Origin: a virus
Lineage: Duplodnaviria; Caudoviricetes
Strand: one strand, 5' to 3'
IMG/VR virus record: IMGVR_UViG_3300007539_000021
Coordinates: 1-58,982 of that record
Length of the DNA stretch: 58,982 nt
Shown here: positions 33,948-44,739 of the stretch, in pieces
Position numbering within the stretch: the first letter of the stretch is position 1
How the letters are laid out: the number at the start of each line of letters is the position of its first letter
Position numbers and translations under genes: made by a program
The notes under the pieces: model-generated
Database searches by the model: none
What the model was told of the DNA's origin: nothing
What the model saw: only the letters and a program-made list of their open reading frames with translations

Positions 33948-35876
33948 CTATTGCAATCCTAAATATGTTTCTTGTTGCCTTCTCATATTAGGAATATATT
34001 GCAAGATTGCATTACGTCTTTCTTCTAGACTTCTGAGTGCTACTCTTTTTTGTTCAGGGTCTAGAGTTTCGCTACGATAAACTGCTTTTACTTGGTCTGC
34101 TATTCTCTTCAAGCCTCTGTCTATTCTTAATACTTGTTGCCTTGTTTGTAAGTATCCTTGGTTGTTATTTGCGTAAGCTTGATACTCGTCTAGTCTGCCT
34201 TCTTTGACAAGCTTGTTCATAGTTGCTATCACTTTGTTGCTCTCTTCTCTCATTTCGTAATACTGTTGTTGTAAACCACCACCCAAAGGACTGCCAAAGA
34301 AACGTTTTAAGAGGGGTAATTGGTCTACCCTAGGTCTGATGAAGTCTCTGCCGGTAAGACCCTTTAGAACGGAGTCTACGAGGCTCAGACCATATCCACC
34401 GAGGGTACCTAAATAACCATTCAACATATACTCTAATTTGATTGGACTTATGTTGAACGCTTCTCCAACAATCTTAGCTAACTCATTAGTCGTCTCTCTA
34501 TATTGTTGTCCTTCCTCAATAGATTGCTCCATGTACGGAGGCACAATAGGACTTCCGGTAAAGCTACTACGATTGTAAACAAAAGCTTCCATGAATGGTT
34601 TCAACACTTGGAATGAGAGAGGGTTGAATTTCAAAGTATCTTTTGTTGCTCTACTAAAAGACTCAATTGTTTCTTCGACACTTGCTCGTCCGGATACTAC
34701 GTCCATTGTCCTTTCCGGTATTACTTTAAACATGACACCAACCTCAAATGGAATAGGTAGCTTGAGAGGAGGAAGGTCTTTACCCGTGAAAATCAACCAA
34801 TTGTTATCTCTCTCTTCTCTTCGTCTTGCCTTATATTCATCTGTATCTCCAACCATTAAGTAATACAAAGCCGTGGCTAAAGTAAGCAAGGCTCCGTTTG
34901 CTACAAAACCTTTGATGACTCTCTTTTGTAATTCAGGGTCCTGACGAATACTAGCGTCAAATTCTTTTGCTGAGTATTGACCTGTGGCAGACCTATAAAG
35001 AACATCAAGACCTTGTATCCTTGCGTTCATAAAAGGTATGGCAGTCGTCACAATCCTAAATATAGGATTAGCTCCTCTTCTTGAAAAGTTAATTATCTCT
35101 TTAGCTTGATAGGCTGCCTCTGCTACATCTCCGGTTTCTTGTAAAACTTTGAGATAAACAGCTTTTCTAGTTGCTCCATCTGATTTGTATGTTTGTTGTC
35201 CTAACCAATCCCATAATTTAACTGTAGCGTCTACAGGATTATATGACCCATTCTTACCTAAGCCTTGGAGTCTGTATTGTTTCTTTAAAAAAGATGAAAT
35301 GCTCATTGCATCGTTTGAATAGTCATATCCACCTAACACACCAAATCTTTCAAGGTCAGTCATGTCAGAAGCAAAACCTTTGACTGTATCTAACACAGGT
35401 ATAAAGTTTGCACCACTTGTGACAAATGCTGATAACGTATCTCTGAACATATTGACCATCATAAATCCGGGGTCTCTTGTGACAGTCTCACGAAGTATTG
35501 AAGCCGGTACTGCTAGAGCTCTTAATAAAAATCCATCATCAGTCACACCTAAATTATTTAAACCTTCGAGATATGGACCAAGCTCTGCGTCTACTTCTAA
35601 AAATCTTCTTACGCCTTCTACATGAACAGGTATAACTTCTTTACCTATTCTGCCTTTAACTTCATCAGGTCTAATAAATCTACCTCTGCCACTTACTACA
35701 AAGTTTCTAGCTAGTTTAGATAAGCCATCGTTCTTCATTCCGGCTGTAAGAATTGCAAGTTGATTTCTTAATATGGCATCTAAAAAAGGAACATCTATAT
35801 CTTTCTTACTACCTTTAAGTTCTATACTTAATGGATTACCTGTAAGCAATCCGGCTCCTATACGTGGAGCAGCCAT
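33948..35876 (-). CDS. C-terminal part of large ejection/polyvalent protein (LPD38-like)
   Basis: PGFMMVNMFRD...INFSRRG...IPFMNARIQGLD...RDNNWLI...LPIPFEVG...SPIKLEY; in frame with the upstream 2120-aa ORF across one TAA. Confidence 0.75.
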   Translation of the reverse strand: MAAPRIGAGLLTGNPLSIELKGSKKDIDVPFLDAILRNQLAILTAGMKNDGLSKLARNFVVSGRGRFIRPDEVKGRIGKEVIPVHVEGVRRFLEVDAELGPYLEGLNNLGVTDDGFLLRALAVPASILRETVTRDPGFMMVNMFRDTLSAFVTSGANFIPVLDTVKGFASDMTDLERFGVLGGYDYSNDAMSISSFLKKQYRLQGLGKNGSYNPVDATVKLWDWLGQQTYKSDGATRKAVYLKVLQETGDVAEAAYQAKEIINFSRRGANPIFRIVTTAIPFMNARIQGLDVLYRSATGQYSAKEFDASIRQDPELQKRVIKGFVANGALLTLATALYYLMVGDTDEYKARRREERDNNWLIFTGKDLPPLKLPIPFEVGVMFKVIPERTMDVVSGRASVEETIESFSRATKDTLKFNPLSFQVLKPFMEAFVYNRSSFTGSPIVPPYMEQSIEEGQQYRETTNELAKIVGEAFNISPIKLEYMLNGYLGTLGGYGLSLVDSVLKGLTGRDFIRPRVDQLPLLKRFFGSPLGGGLQQQYYEMREESNKVIATMNKLVKEGRLDEYQAYANNNQGYLQTRQQVLRIDRGLKRIADQVKAVYRSETLDPEQKRVALRSLEERRNAILQYIPNMRRQQETYLGLQ

Positions 35877-35891
35877 GTCTAAACTTTGATT

Positions 35892-38800
35892 TTACATTTC
35901 TCTATAGAAAGGAAAGTGGTCTGCGTTTTCTCTCCAGATTTGTGCAGTACCTCTAGTTTCGATTAGCTCTCCTTCTTTTGCACGTGAGTTATATATTTCA
36001 ACTGCTTTAAGTAGTGCCTCTCTGTTTCCGGATTTAGCTACATCAGTAAACCCAACTTTATTTAATTCAACTCTAAACTCGTTGTCACTTCTTTCTTCCT
36101 GAAGTATACCGGTATCTACTCCATAGTTTATTGTGTACTCATTAAACTTCTGATAGTCGTCAAATACTTTTTCAATCCATTTATACTCCTGACCTATTTG
36201 CAAACCATCTTGTATTTCTTGGTCAGACAAAGGTATGTCTATAAGTCTTTCTTCTGTAAATGTTCCGTCCTCTTGTTGAACTTTAATTTTTTCTTTTACT
36301 AATCTTCTACCTCTTCTAGCTATAAAATAAGCTTTAGTTAAAGACTCAAAGTCTATGCCGTACTCTGCAGAGTTTTGATAAATTGGAGCAAATATATTTA
36401 TTAAATTTAATTTAGAGTCTTTAAGCGTAGAAGTTAAACCATATTTTAAAGTCAAAGGTCCATGACTCATCATGGCAGATAAAACACCTCTAGCATTATC
36501 TATAAATCTTAAAGCTTGAATTGCTCCGGTAGAAGCACGTCTTTCTAATTCAAGCACTTGACTAGAGTCACCGGCTAAAATCTTTTGACCCGTCAATAAC
36601 ATTTGTCTGTTGTCTATAATCTCTTGTCTAAATCTATTTATAAAAGAACGAGCAGACTCTGCAGCATTTGTGACACTATTTAGTGCGTCAAAGAAACCAC
36701 CTTTTTCTTGAGGCTTACTTTTACCTCCTGTTTTGTCTACAACATTTTTATACTGTGGAGGTATAGTTCCTGTACCTCTCATGTATGGGTCCTCAGGTAA
36801 AATGTTTTCAGGCTTTAATCCGTTCCTGACTTCTAGTGCAGTACGTATAGCTAGTCCACTAGCATTAGGATTTATTAAAGGAACAGCTCCGGCTGTATAA
36901 TTTTGTGCCTCTGCTTTTGCAAAAGCTACAGCCTCTGCGTCTGCAAGTTCATCTTTAGTAGGTTTGTTAGTAGTAAGTTGTGGATTAAAAGCCGAGTTAG
37001 GCATAGCAAAATTTCTGCTTCTGCCTTGTGTCGGTACGCTAACTCCTAGTTCTTTTTGGAAACCTTGGAAGGCTCTAAGGGCAGGGAGGTAGAGATTACT
37101 GAGGAGGGCTCTCCGTATATCGGGTGCGTTGAAGGTACTGGTGTAATCCCTAAGGTTTTCAATACCTCCTCTTGTTCCTGTTCTGTCATCTCTTGTTGGT
37201 CCGTAGCTGACGAGTTCTGCTTTTTGTCCATAAGTATTTATATTATATCCTGAATTAGCAAACAAATCATTTAAGAAAGTCATGTATGTTTGATACATTT
37301 CTTTTGAATATGGCTCACCATTAAATTGTTTTTTGTCTGTGAAAGTCAAGGCATTGCCTGATGACTGTAAAACAAACTCTCCTATATCTCCGTTAGGGTC
37401 ACCTCTTTGAATTCTTTCTTGAATAGATTTTATTTCATCAATAGTAAAGCCTTCATTATTAGGCTTTGTTAACATAGCAGCTTGTCTCTTAGCACCTTGT
37501 GCTGTAGGTGTAGTTATCAAAGTAGAGTCTAAATATAAAGCGTCAGTTAAAAACTGTGCAACTCCTCTAAGTGTTGCGTCACTTGCATTAGGCATAGATA
37601 AATTAAATCCCGGAGTCAGATATCCACCATTGTATGTTCCTGCATTAAGAGTTATAGAGTGAGGTATCTTTAAAAATTTAAGAAACTTTAATTGATTGCC
37701 CTCAGTTATTGAACGAAAAACTGTATTGAAATATTCTATTTTTTTTCTATATGGAATAGATTTAGACTCAGACCAAACACCACGTATCTCAGTACCGGGC
37801 ATGATACCTACTTCAATTACGGGTGACAGTTCTGCAATAGCCTCTTGATAGTTTCTCTGTGTCACACTTCCATATGTGCCTTTAACATTTTGATATGCAA
37901 TGTTTTGAGGCGAGTTAATCATTCTATCTGTTAATGGAGTAGCAGTATCAAACTTACCTTCTCTTTGCATTTCTTGTATTTCAGCTATTTGTTCTTGTGC
38001 TGCTGCTTCTGCTGAAGCATAACTACCTTCGTTAGTAGGATTAGTTCCTCCTTCATATCTTTGCAATCCCCACAACATAGCTTGGATTTCTGATGGCTCT
38101 TGATATTTTTTACGTACTCCATTAACGTTATAAACTTCTGTGCTTAATAATCTCATTAAGTCATTTTGAAATTGATACTCGATAGCAGTAGGACTCTCTT
38201 GATTTTTCTCTGGTTTGTTTGGGTCTATCATTCCAAACTGCCTTCTCATATGAATATCGTTAACTGTAAATGGAGTAAACCTACCCTGACTTGCTTCAAA
38301 TATTTGATTAGCATAAAAAGCTGTCTTAGCTCCTGTATCTTTATTCTGAAATAGACCTGTCTTATAAAACTCTTGTATTTGTTTTAATCGAGTAGGATTT
38401 TTCATGCCCACACTTTTGTCTGCTAAAGCAGTTATAAATCTTTTAGGACTTTTGATAGGGTCTATCTTCCTAGCAATTATCATAGTATTTAAAGTATCTT
38501 GATAATTTTTTTCAGGAGTCTGTTGTGCAGATGTTATTCCAAAGACAGCACTAAACTCTGTCATGTTAGCATCACCAATTAATAAAGGAACTTTCTGTGC
38601 CCATCTTGTATACCATAAATGGTCATAACCCATACGTGCAGCTTCGGCTACTTTCTTTTTTAATTCCTTATATGAAGGTATAGGTAAAAACTTTTGAGAC
38701 TGTGGAGCAAACTGTTTGAATATTGCTCTCATTTCTGCAGAAGATATATCTCCTTTCTGCACTAAAGTATTCTCAAGCTCTTCAAATATAGCTGAACGAT

Positions 38801-41800
38801 TTATTTCATCTTCGCTCAAGACCTCTCTCATTTGTGGGTCAACATCTTGTCCGGCTAAAATATCTTGTGCTGTAGGTCTACCCTGAGTCCCTCCTTCTTC
38901 TAGTTCATCTAACTCGGCTGCAGGTTGTAAAAGTCTAGACTGATTACTTGCTGTCATACGCAAGTTTCTTTTTACACCTCTTTCTCTGCTACCTATTTCT
39001 CCTGACGCAATCCTCTCTAATAAAACAGTAGGACTGCCAAACTCAGAAGCATTTATTGAAAATAAAAACTCTTGTAAAAAATTTAATATCCTTTGGATTA
39101 AACTTCTTGGTTTACCAATAACTCCTTTAGGGTCATTTCTATAATATCGAAACAATTCTGCTACAAGTTCTTCCTCAAAACCTCTAGCTGTTATACCACC
39201 GGGTTGTCCTAGTCCATATGATTTAGCCATGCCGTCTTGTATATCTTGAGACAATGCTTTTTTTGCATATCGAACAAGATTTAAAAACTCATCTTCAGTT
39301 ATTAAATCCAATTGCATCATAGCGTGTATAGCTTCGTGGTCTATTCTGCCACTTAAAACGTCTACTAGTTCTGCTTCAGATAGCTGATTATTAGGGTCAA
39401 TACTTTCTAATTTCAATAAGATAGTATTCAAAGCTTTGTCATACATACCAACAGCTTCTTTATCAATCAAGCTCATTTTGTCAGTACGATTTGGGTCAGC
39501 AATATAAACAAGTTTGCCATTGCCATCACGTCTTATGTTTTGTGAACTAGATAAGAAGTTTGTAATTCTAAGTGCTACATCTTTAAGACCTAATTTATTT
39601 AATCTACCTTGCAATTCTTTTGCAAGATTAGGCATAGACTCATTTGTAATAGGTGCAGGTAATAGAGGTATATTGAATTGCTCTTCAGTCATACCTAGGT
39701 CAGCTATTTGTTCAGCAGATAAAACAGTAGATATTCTAGCTTTGTAATCTTCTACAGTTTCGCCTTCTTTCCTAGAAGCCTTAGACATTTCATCTGTTTT
39801 AAATTGACTGTTGCCTAACGTTCTGCCTTTTACTTTTTTTAGTCTGCCACTATTTATTAAATCTTCTTTAAACTGTCTAATATTCTGCTGACTTTTTTTA
39901 ATGTTTTGATTATCAAAAAATGTTTTTATATCATTTTCAGTTATAGCTTGACCTCTAGCTAAACCAAACAGCTCGTAAAAAGAATTCATTTGCTGTGCTG
40001 TATAAACTCTAGGAGTCAGCAAAGGTAATTTAGTTTTTACATCTAGTCTAGGCATACTATATATACGACTTAACAAGACCATCTTCTGTCCTTTGTTCAT
40101 CTTGTTATAGTTTTTTTCACCTGTAAGCTGTTCTGCAAAATATTGAAACTCTTTGCTGTTTATTTTTGCCTCAAGGTTTCTACTTTCTAATGCTTCATAT
40201 ATTGCTTGTCTACTTGTATCTTGAAATTTATTAGGAGAAAAATTATATCTTTGTATACTAGCTCCTCTTGGATTTAATCCGGACGCTATCCTATCTCCTG
40301 TTCTTTCGTTTCTTCTGCCGGTTGGTAAATATGCTCCTTCTTTTTCAGAATACTTAAAGATGATGTTTGCTTTTTCCATCATCAATTGATTGAAGTCATC
40401 AGGCTTTAGAATTTTTTTAGCTTCTTGATAAGTGTAGAAATTTTTACGAGGCAATCCAACTTGTTCAGCTCTGTCTTGCAAAAGTTGTACTAAACTTTTT
40501 TGCTCGTCTGTTTGTTTGTCAGCAGTAATTTGTTTGAGAGGAGATATATCTAAAGCTCCTTCTGTACTGTCTAATGTGCCCGGTATATCTAGCTGTTTAA
40601 ATCTTTGGTCTGGCTGACCACTTTTAGTAAGTCTTGTTTTGCCTTCCCTTCTATCTTTTAATCTTTTAGCTTTTAGTCTTTCAGCTTGTTTATTTAATTT
40701 TTCTAATTTTTTAGCTTGTTTTTGTCTAGCCTCACTTATCCTTGAGTCCATTACAGATAGAGTTCTTACGTCTACTACATTAAACAAAGGCGACAAAACT
40801 CTTTTGCCTAAACTTTTTATAGAGCCACTTTCTTTTAGACCTGCAATATCTAATACATTATCAATTGCATCATTTACAAATTTTGTTCTATTTTTCTTTT
40901 CTTGTTCTACAGCAGATTGTGCAGCTTCATTTACTGTAGCTATAGGGTCAAAGTCAAATTTTTGTATACGCTGACCTTGTTCATCTAAAAGTGGATTACC
41001 TTGAGCGTCTATTTCAAATCCGGCAGCAACTTCAACTTTGTGTGTGCTGTATATCTTTCCTGTATCTTCACCTATAACTAATACACTTCCATCAGTTTGC
41101 TCTTCAAGTTTTAATTGCTCAATAACTTGTAATTCTTTTTTCTCTTCTGGCTCTATAGTTTCTTCATATTCTTCAACCAAATCTTCTTCACGCATTATTG
41201 AAGGACCTGTAGCCTGTAGCTCTTCATCATCTTGTTTTCTTGCTTCAAAGATTTCTTTTTCACCACTTTCTTCAACAGCTTGTTTTTCTAAGTCAAGAGT
41301 ATATTTGTTAGCAATAGGTCGTCTACCTGTGAAGCCTCTAACTAATAAGTCAGCTATTGCTCCTGTACCACCACCTACAGTAAAGTCATCAAACATACTG
41401 TCACCAATAGGTATCTCGTCACTATAAAGTCCACGTGCTACAGCGTCTTGCATAATACTTGCCATAGTTTCTTGAACAGCCTCTACAGTACCTGTGCCTA
41501 ATGCTGACCTAATACGTGCAGCTACATCTAAAACTTCGCCATCACTTTTAGTAATCTTTCTTAAAAGTCTGTCAGGTGCAAATAGTTCTGTAAGACCTAT
41601 AAGACCACCGGCAGTCTCTGCAGCAAATTCTCTAAATGGACTTACCTCTTCCCCTAACTGTCTAGCTTGTTCTATCCTATCTCCTTGTTCTGATATACCC
41701 AAAGGCACAGCTAATGAGGCACTAGCAATCGTAGGTCCTCTTTGGACAGCTCTAATCATTTTGTCAATTTTTTGTATTTCAGAAAGCTCAGTTGCTTTTG

Positions 41801-42254
41801 CTCTTAGATTGCCTAACCTCCTTAATTTTTCTGTAGTATTTAATACTTTGGCTGCACCAAATCCCGGAACAAAAAAAGAAGCAAAACTACCAAGACCTTG
41901 TCCTAGTTTAGTAGTGTACAAATCTTCATAGCCTTCTTCTGTGGGTAAAAGACTTTCATTGAGATATCGTTGCATACCTCTAAGTCCGTCACCAATAGCA
42001 CTATCATTACCACTATCAAAGAAATTTACTAAACCTTCTGCACCTCCAATAAAGCCTCCGGCTAATCCTTTAGCAACTCCTTTGGTAAATTCACTAGCTC
42101 TACCAACAACAGTAGGGTCTACCTCTTCTTTATATGGAGTGTAGTAATCAGGATATTGTTCTGCTAAAAAGTTTTGTAAACCAATAACATATTCTCTAGA
42201 AGGATTATCTTCTATCTCAATATATTTGCCATCTGGTAAATTAAATCTTTGCAT
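35892..42254 (-). CDS. Large internal virion / ejection polyvalent protein (N-terminal 2120 aa)
   Basis: Gly/Ala-rich hydrophobic N-terminus; HEAIH...EELVAE zincin motif; WY...TSAQQTPEKN...NDIHM...QAMLW domain; ends FPFYR. Confidence 0.8.
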   Translation of the reverse strand: MQRFNLPDGKYIEIEDNPSREYVIGLQNFLAEQYPDYYTPYKEEVDPTVVGRASEFTKGVAKGLAGGFIGGAEGLVNFFDSGNDSAIGDGLRGMQRYLNESLLPTEEGYEDLYTTKLGQGLGSFASFFVPGFGAAKVLNTTEKLRRLGNLRAKATELSEIQKIDKMIRAVQRGPTIASASLAVPLGISEQGDRIEQARQLGEEVSPFREFAAETAGGLIGLTELFAPDRLLRKITKSDGEVLDVAARIRSALGTGTVEAVQETMASIMQDAVARGLYSDEIPIGDSMFDDFTVGGGTGAIADLLVRGFTGRRPIANKYTLDLEKQAVEESGEKEIFEARKQDDEELQATGPSIMREEDLVEEYEETIEPEEKKELQVIEQLKLEEQTDGSVLVIGEDTGKIYSTHKVEVAAGFEIDAQGNPLLDEQGQRIQKFDFDPIATVNEAAQSAVEQEKKNRTKFVNDAIDNVLDIAGLKESGSIKSLGKRVLSPLFNVVDVRTLSVMDSRISEARQKQAKKLEKLNKQAERLKAKRLKDRREGKTRLTKSGQPDQRFKQLDIPGTLDSTEGALDISPLKQITADKQTDEQKSLVQLLQDRAEQVGLPRKNFYTYQEAKKILKPDDFNQLMMEKANIIFKYSEKEGAYLPTGRRNERTGDRIASGLNPRGASIQRYNFSPNKFQDTSRQAIYEALESRNLEAKINSKEFQYFAEQLTGEKNYNKMNKGQKMVLLSRIYSMPRLDVKTKLPLLTPRVYTAQQMNSFYELFGLARGQAITENDIKTFFDNQNIKKSQQNIRQFKEDLINSGRLKKVKGRTLGNSQFKTDEMSKASRKEGETVEDYKARISTVLSAEQIADLGMTEEQFNIPLLPAPITNESMPNLAKELQGRLNKLGLKDVALRITNFLSSSQNIRRDGNGKLVYIADPNRTDKMSLIDKEAVGMYDKALNTILLKLESIDPNNQLSEAELVDVLSGRIDHEAIHAMMQLDLITEDEFLNLVRYAKKALSQDIQDGMAKSYGLGQPGGITARGFEEELVAELFRYYRNDPKGVIGKPRSLIQRILNFLQEFLFSINASEFGSPTVLLERIASGEIGSRERGVKRNLRMTASNQSRLLQPAAELDELEEGGTQGRPTAQDILAGQDVDPQMREVLSEDEINRSAIFEELENTLVQKGDISSAEMRAIFKQFAPQSQKFLPIPSYKELKKKVAEAARMGYDHLWYTRWAQKVPLLIGDANMTEFSAVFGITSAQQTPEKNYQDTLNTMIIARKIDPIKSPKRFITALADKSVGMKNPTRLKQIQEFYKTGLFQNKDTGAKTAFYANQIFEASQGRFTPFTVNDIHMRRQFGMIDPNKPEKNQESPTAIEYQFQNDLMRLLSTEVYNVNGVRKKYQEPSEIQAMLWGLQRYEGGTNPTNEGSYASAEAAAQEQIAEIQEMQREGKFDTATPLTDRMINSPQNIAYQNVKGTYGSVTQRNYQEAIAELSPVIEVGIMPGTEIRGVWSESKSIPYRKKIEYFNTVFRSITEGNQLKFLKFLKIPHSITLNAGTYNGGYLTPGFNLSMPNASDATLRGVAQFLTDALYLDSTLITTPTAQGAKRQAAMLTKPNNEGFTIDEIKSIQERIQRGDPNGDIGEFVLQSSGNALTFTDKKQFNGEPYSKEMYQTYMTFLNDLFANSGYNINTYGQKAELVSYGPTRDDRTGTRGGIENLRDYTSTFNAPDIRRALLSNLYLPALRAFQGFQKELGVSVPTQGRSRNFAMPNSAFNPQLTTNKPTKDELADAEAVAFAKAEAQNYTAGAVPLINPNASGLAIRTALEVRNGLKPENILPEDPYMRGTGTIPPQYKNVVDKTGGKSKPQEKGGFFDALNSVTNAAESARSFINRFRQEIIDNRQMLLTGQKILAGDSSQVLELERRASTGAIQALRFIDNARGVLSAMMSHGPLTLKYGLTSTLKDSKLNLINIFAPIYQNSAEYGIDFESLTKAYFIARRGRRLVKEKIKVQQEDGTFTEERLIDIPLSDQEIQDGLQIGQEYKWIEKVFDDYQKFNEYTINYGVDTGILQEERSDNEFRVELNKVGFTDVAKSGNREALLKAVEIYNSRAKEGELIETRGTAQIWRENADHFPFYREM

Positions 42255-43702
42255 TACTTAGTAAAGCTTATGCCTCCAACACCGGTACTAGGACTTGTAA
42301 TCCTTCCGGAAGGTGAAAGAAAACTTTCTAGTTGTTTTAAATACATAGCTTTTTTATCTTCACCTAAATCCATTGCAGGGTCTTGCAATAAATCAAATAA
42401 CAATTGTGCTCTTTGTTGTCCTAGTTGTCGTTCTTTTATATCATTACTTCTTATTCTAGCTCCTATATCTTGCAGACTAGAAATAATTTGTATTTCACTT
42501 ACAACATCTGCACGTTGAGCTTTTACGAATTCAGCATCTTCTTTTCTATCAGAAGCAGATTTGCCAACTGCTAAAGCTGTAGCATCAGCAAGACCTTCAC
42601 CTATACCTGATAGATTTGTTGCAGTAGCAATATTTTTAGCAAGTGTAGAAAAAATTAAAGCCTCTTTTTCTCTATCTCTTTGCTCTTGTGTAGGGGGAGG
42701 TGAAGCAGAAGAAGGTAAATTAAATGTTCCCATTTGGCTTCTTACAATCTCAGATATATTATTATTTGTTTGAGTGTTTTCATTTGGAGGTGGCGATACT
42801 TCTCCATCTTGTATTACAAATTTTCCTGAGCCTTCAGCATTAACAGGAGGATTAGGTTTTGCATTTTCATCAGAGCTTCCAAATATATTTTCTACGTTTG
42901 CTCCTAAAAGATTTGCTCCTAAAAGACCTGCTCCATATGTTCTAGGATTTCTAAAAAAGCCTTTTCCGGGACCTTTTAAAAATTGAGGAATTTTTAGATT
43001 TTTTATAAAAGGCAAAGCTCCTCTTAAACCTGTTAATACTCTACCACCTACTTGAGTCATAGGTGTAGGAACAAGAGTTGCTGCAGTTGCTGCAGCTAAT
43101 AAAGTTCCATCAATACCATCATATATAGCTCTTGCAGTATCAAAACTACCATCTGGTTTTGTGTATCTATTCCTTATACTTTGTATAAGTCCTTGGTTAA
43201 CTTGAGTTGTACCACCTTCGTTATAACCTGTTATGCCTCCTTCATTCATAGACATTCGTATGCCAGAAAGCAATCCTTTCAAACCACCAGACTTTTTAAA
43301 TGCTTCTAAGCCTTCAAGTTCATTGCCTTCTTCATCAAAGACTGTTGGTCCGGTGTATTCCATTTTACCACCACCTAGATAGCCACCGGCAGCCAGACCG
43401 GAGGCAGGTATTCCTCTATCCTCATATACAGTTTGGGAGGAGGGGGGGAGAGAAATGTCTGCTGACATTCCCTGAGGCATACCTGCCAAGCCTTGTGGTT
43501 GTGCAAACTCTGATACTACTTCTTGAGCGACAGTAGTATTAGGTTTAGGTTGCATGACCATGTTCTCTAATTGTGTTCTTCTTTGTATTTCAGACAATAC
43601 TAAGTAAGGAGGATATTTCATATCTCCTTGTTCCATCATACGTACTAACTCTTGTTTAGGAACGTACTCTAATTCTTCTGCTGCTTGAACTAAATTTGAC
43701 AT
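42254..43702 (-). CDS. Putative internal virion/ejection protein
   Basis: PPYLVLSEIQRR...TTVAQE N-terminus; repeated xxGG motifs; position before the giant protein. Confidence 0.65.
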   Translation of the reverse strand: MSNLVQAAEELEYVPKQELVRMMEQGDMKYPPYLVLSEIQRRTQLENMVMQPKPNTTVAQEVVSEFAQPQGLAGMPQGMSADISLPPSSQTVYEDRGIPASGLAAGGYLGGGKMEYTGPTVFDEEGNELEGLEAFKKSGGLKGLLSGIRMSMNEGGITGYNEGGTTQVNQGLIQSIRNRYTKPDGSFDTARAIYDGIDGTLLAAATAATLVPTPMTQVGGRVLTGLRGALPFIKNLKIPQFLKGPGKGFFRNPRTYGAGLLGANLLGANVENIFGSSDENAKPNPPVNAEGSGKFVIQDGEVSPPPNENTQTNNNISEIVRSQMGTFNLPSSASPPPTQEQRDREKEALIFSTLAKNIATATNLSGIGEGLADATALAVGKSASDRKEDAEFVKAQRADVVSEIQIISSLQDIGARIRSNDIKERQLGQQRAQLLFDLLQDPAMDLGEDKKAMYLKQLESFLSPSGRITSPSTGVGGISFTK

Positions 43703-44739
43703 TATGCTCTGCCTCCTCCTTGTGTAGCTCTATACAAACCAAGACCACCTAATCCTGCAGAAAGTGCAGTTTGGAAAAGTCCGGGTTGTTGTGTATATGT
43801 GCTAACTGATTGGTCAGGTTTAATAGGTACACCCTGTAATATTGAACTTAAATAATTAAGTTGGTCTCTAGTGTAATCTCTTTGACGAGTAAAATCATCA
43901 TAGCCAATATCTAGACCTGCTTGTCGCATAGCTCTTTCTTGTTCACCTATTTGTGCAAGAGCAGCTATTCTTCTTAGAGCGTCATCTTGTATTGTGCTAC
44001 CAACATCTGTCATTAACTGTTGTTGTTGTAAACCAAGTTTACCTGCACCTTGGTCAACTAGTGCTGCTTTTTGTGCAAGTTCTTCTTGTTTTAAACCAAG
44101 CTGTTCAAACAGTTGTTGCTCTGCTAAACCGGTTTTTCTTTCTTCTTGTAATTGTTTCATAGCATTTTGGAAAGCTAAGTTGCTACCTTTAAGCTGTATA
44201 TCATCTAATCTTTGACCAAGTCCTCTCTCACGTTCAGCTTGTAAAATTGCTTCTCGATACCCACCTAATCCACCAGACTGTGCAGCCTTAGACTCTATCT
44301 GATTAGCCAAAATTTCTGAGTCTCTTCTTGCTTCTCGTTTTGCAATGTCTGTGACACCTTGTTGAAAAGGATTAGTAAATCTATTTATACCTTCTTCAAA
44401 AGATAATCTTTGATATGGGTCAACAGAAAACCTCCTGTCATACATAGAGTCTCCTCTTTGAAAAGCAGTTGGGTCCATTGCAGATAAATTTTGTGCTGCT
44501 TGATTGTATAAATCAGGAGTGCCTTGTGTAGCAAAACCTCTTGTCATAGCTTGAGCTAATCCTTCATCAGCACCAAACTCTGCAAGACGCTGTCCTCCAT
44601 AAGGAGTATATCCTTGTAAACTTTCTGACTCAGCTCTGCCTAATAACCTAGTAAAATAAGGCTCTGCATAAGAGGGTAGTTTAGTTTGTACAATCTCTTG
44701 TTTGGCAGGAGTGCCACCACCACCTTTAAATTTTCTCAT
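43702..44739 (-). CDS. Putative DNA ejection/pilot protein
   Basis: KGGGG...LPSYAEPY...Q/A-rich...NPFQQGV...GGLGGYR; C-terminal hydrophobic Gly-rich helix. Confidence 0.7.
   Translation of the reverse strand: MRKFKGGGGTPAKQEIVQTKLPSYAEPYFTRLLGRAESESLQGYTPYGGQRLAEFGADEGLAQAMTRGFATQGTPDLYNQAAQNLSAMDPTAFQRGDSMYDRRFSVDPYQRLSFEEGINRFTNPFQQGVTDIAKREARRDSEILANQIESKAAQSGGLGGYREAILQAERERGLGQRLDDIQLKGSNLAFQNAMKQLQEERKTGLAEQQLFEQLGLKQEELAQKAALVDQGAGKLGLQQQQLMTDVGSTIQDDALRRIAALAQIGEQERAMRQAGLDIGYDDFTRQRDYTRDQLNYLSSILQGVPIKPDQSVSTYTQQPGLFQTALSAGLGGLGLYRATQGGGRA

Noticed and set aside
35892-35894. Genome-wide stop-codon reassignment
   Set aside because: TAA, TAG and TGA all end conserved genes normally; only one gene is interrupted
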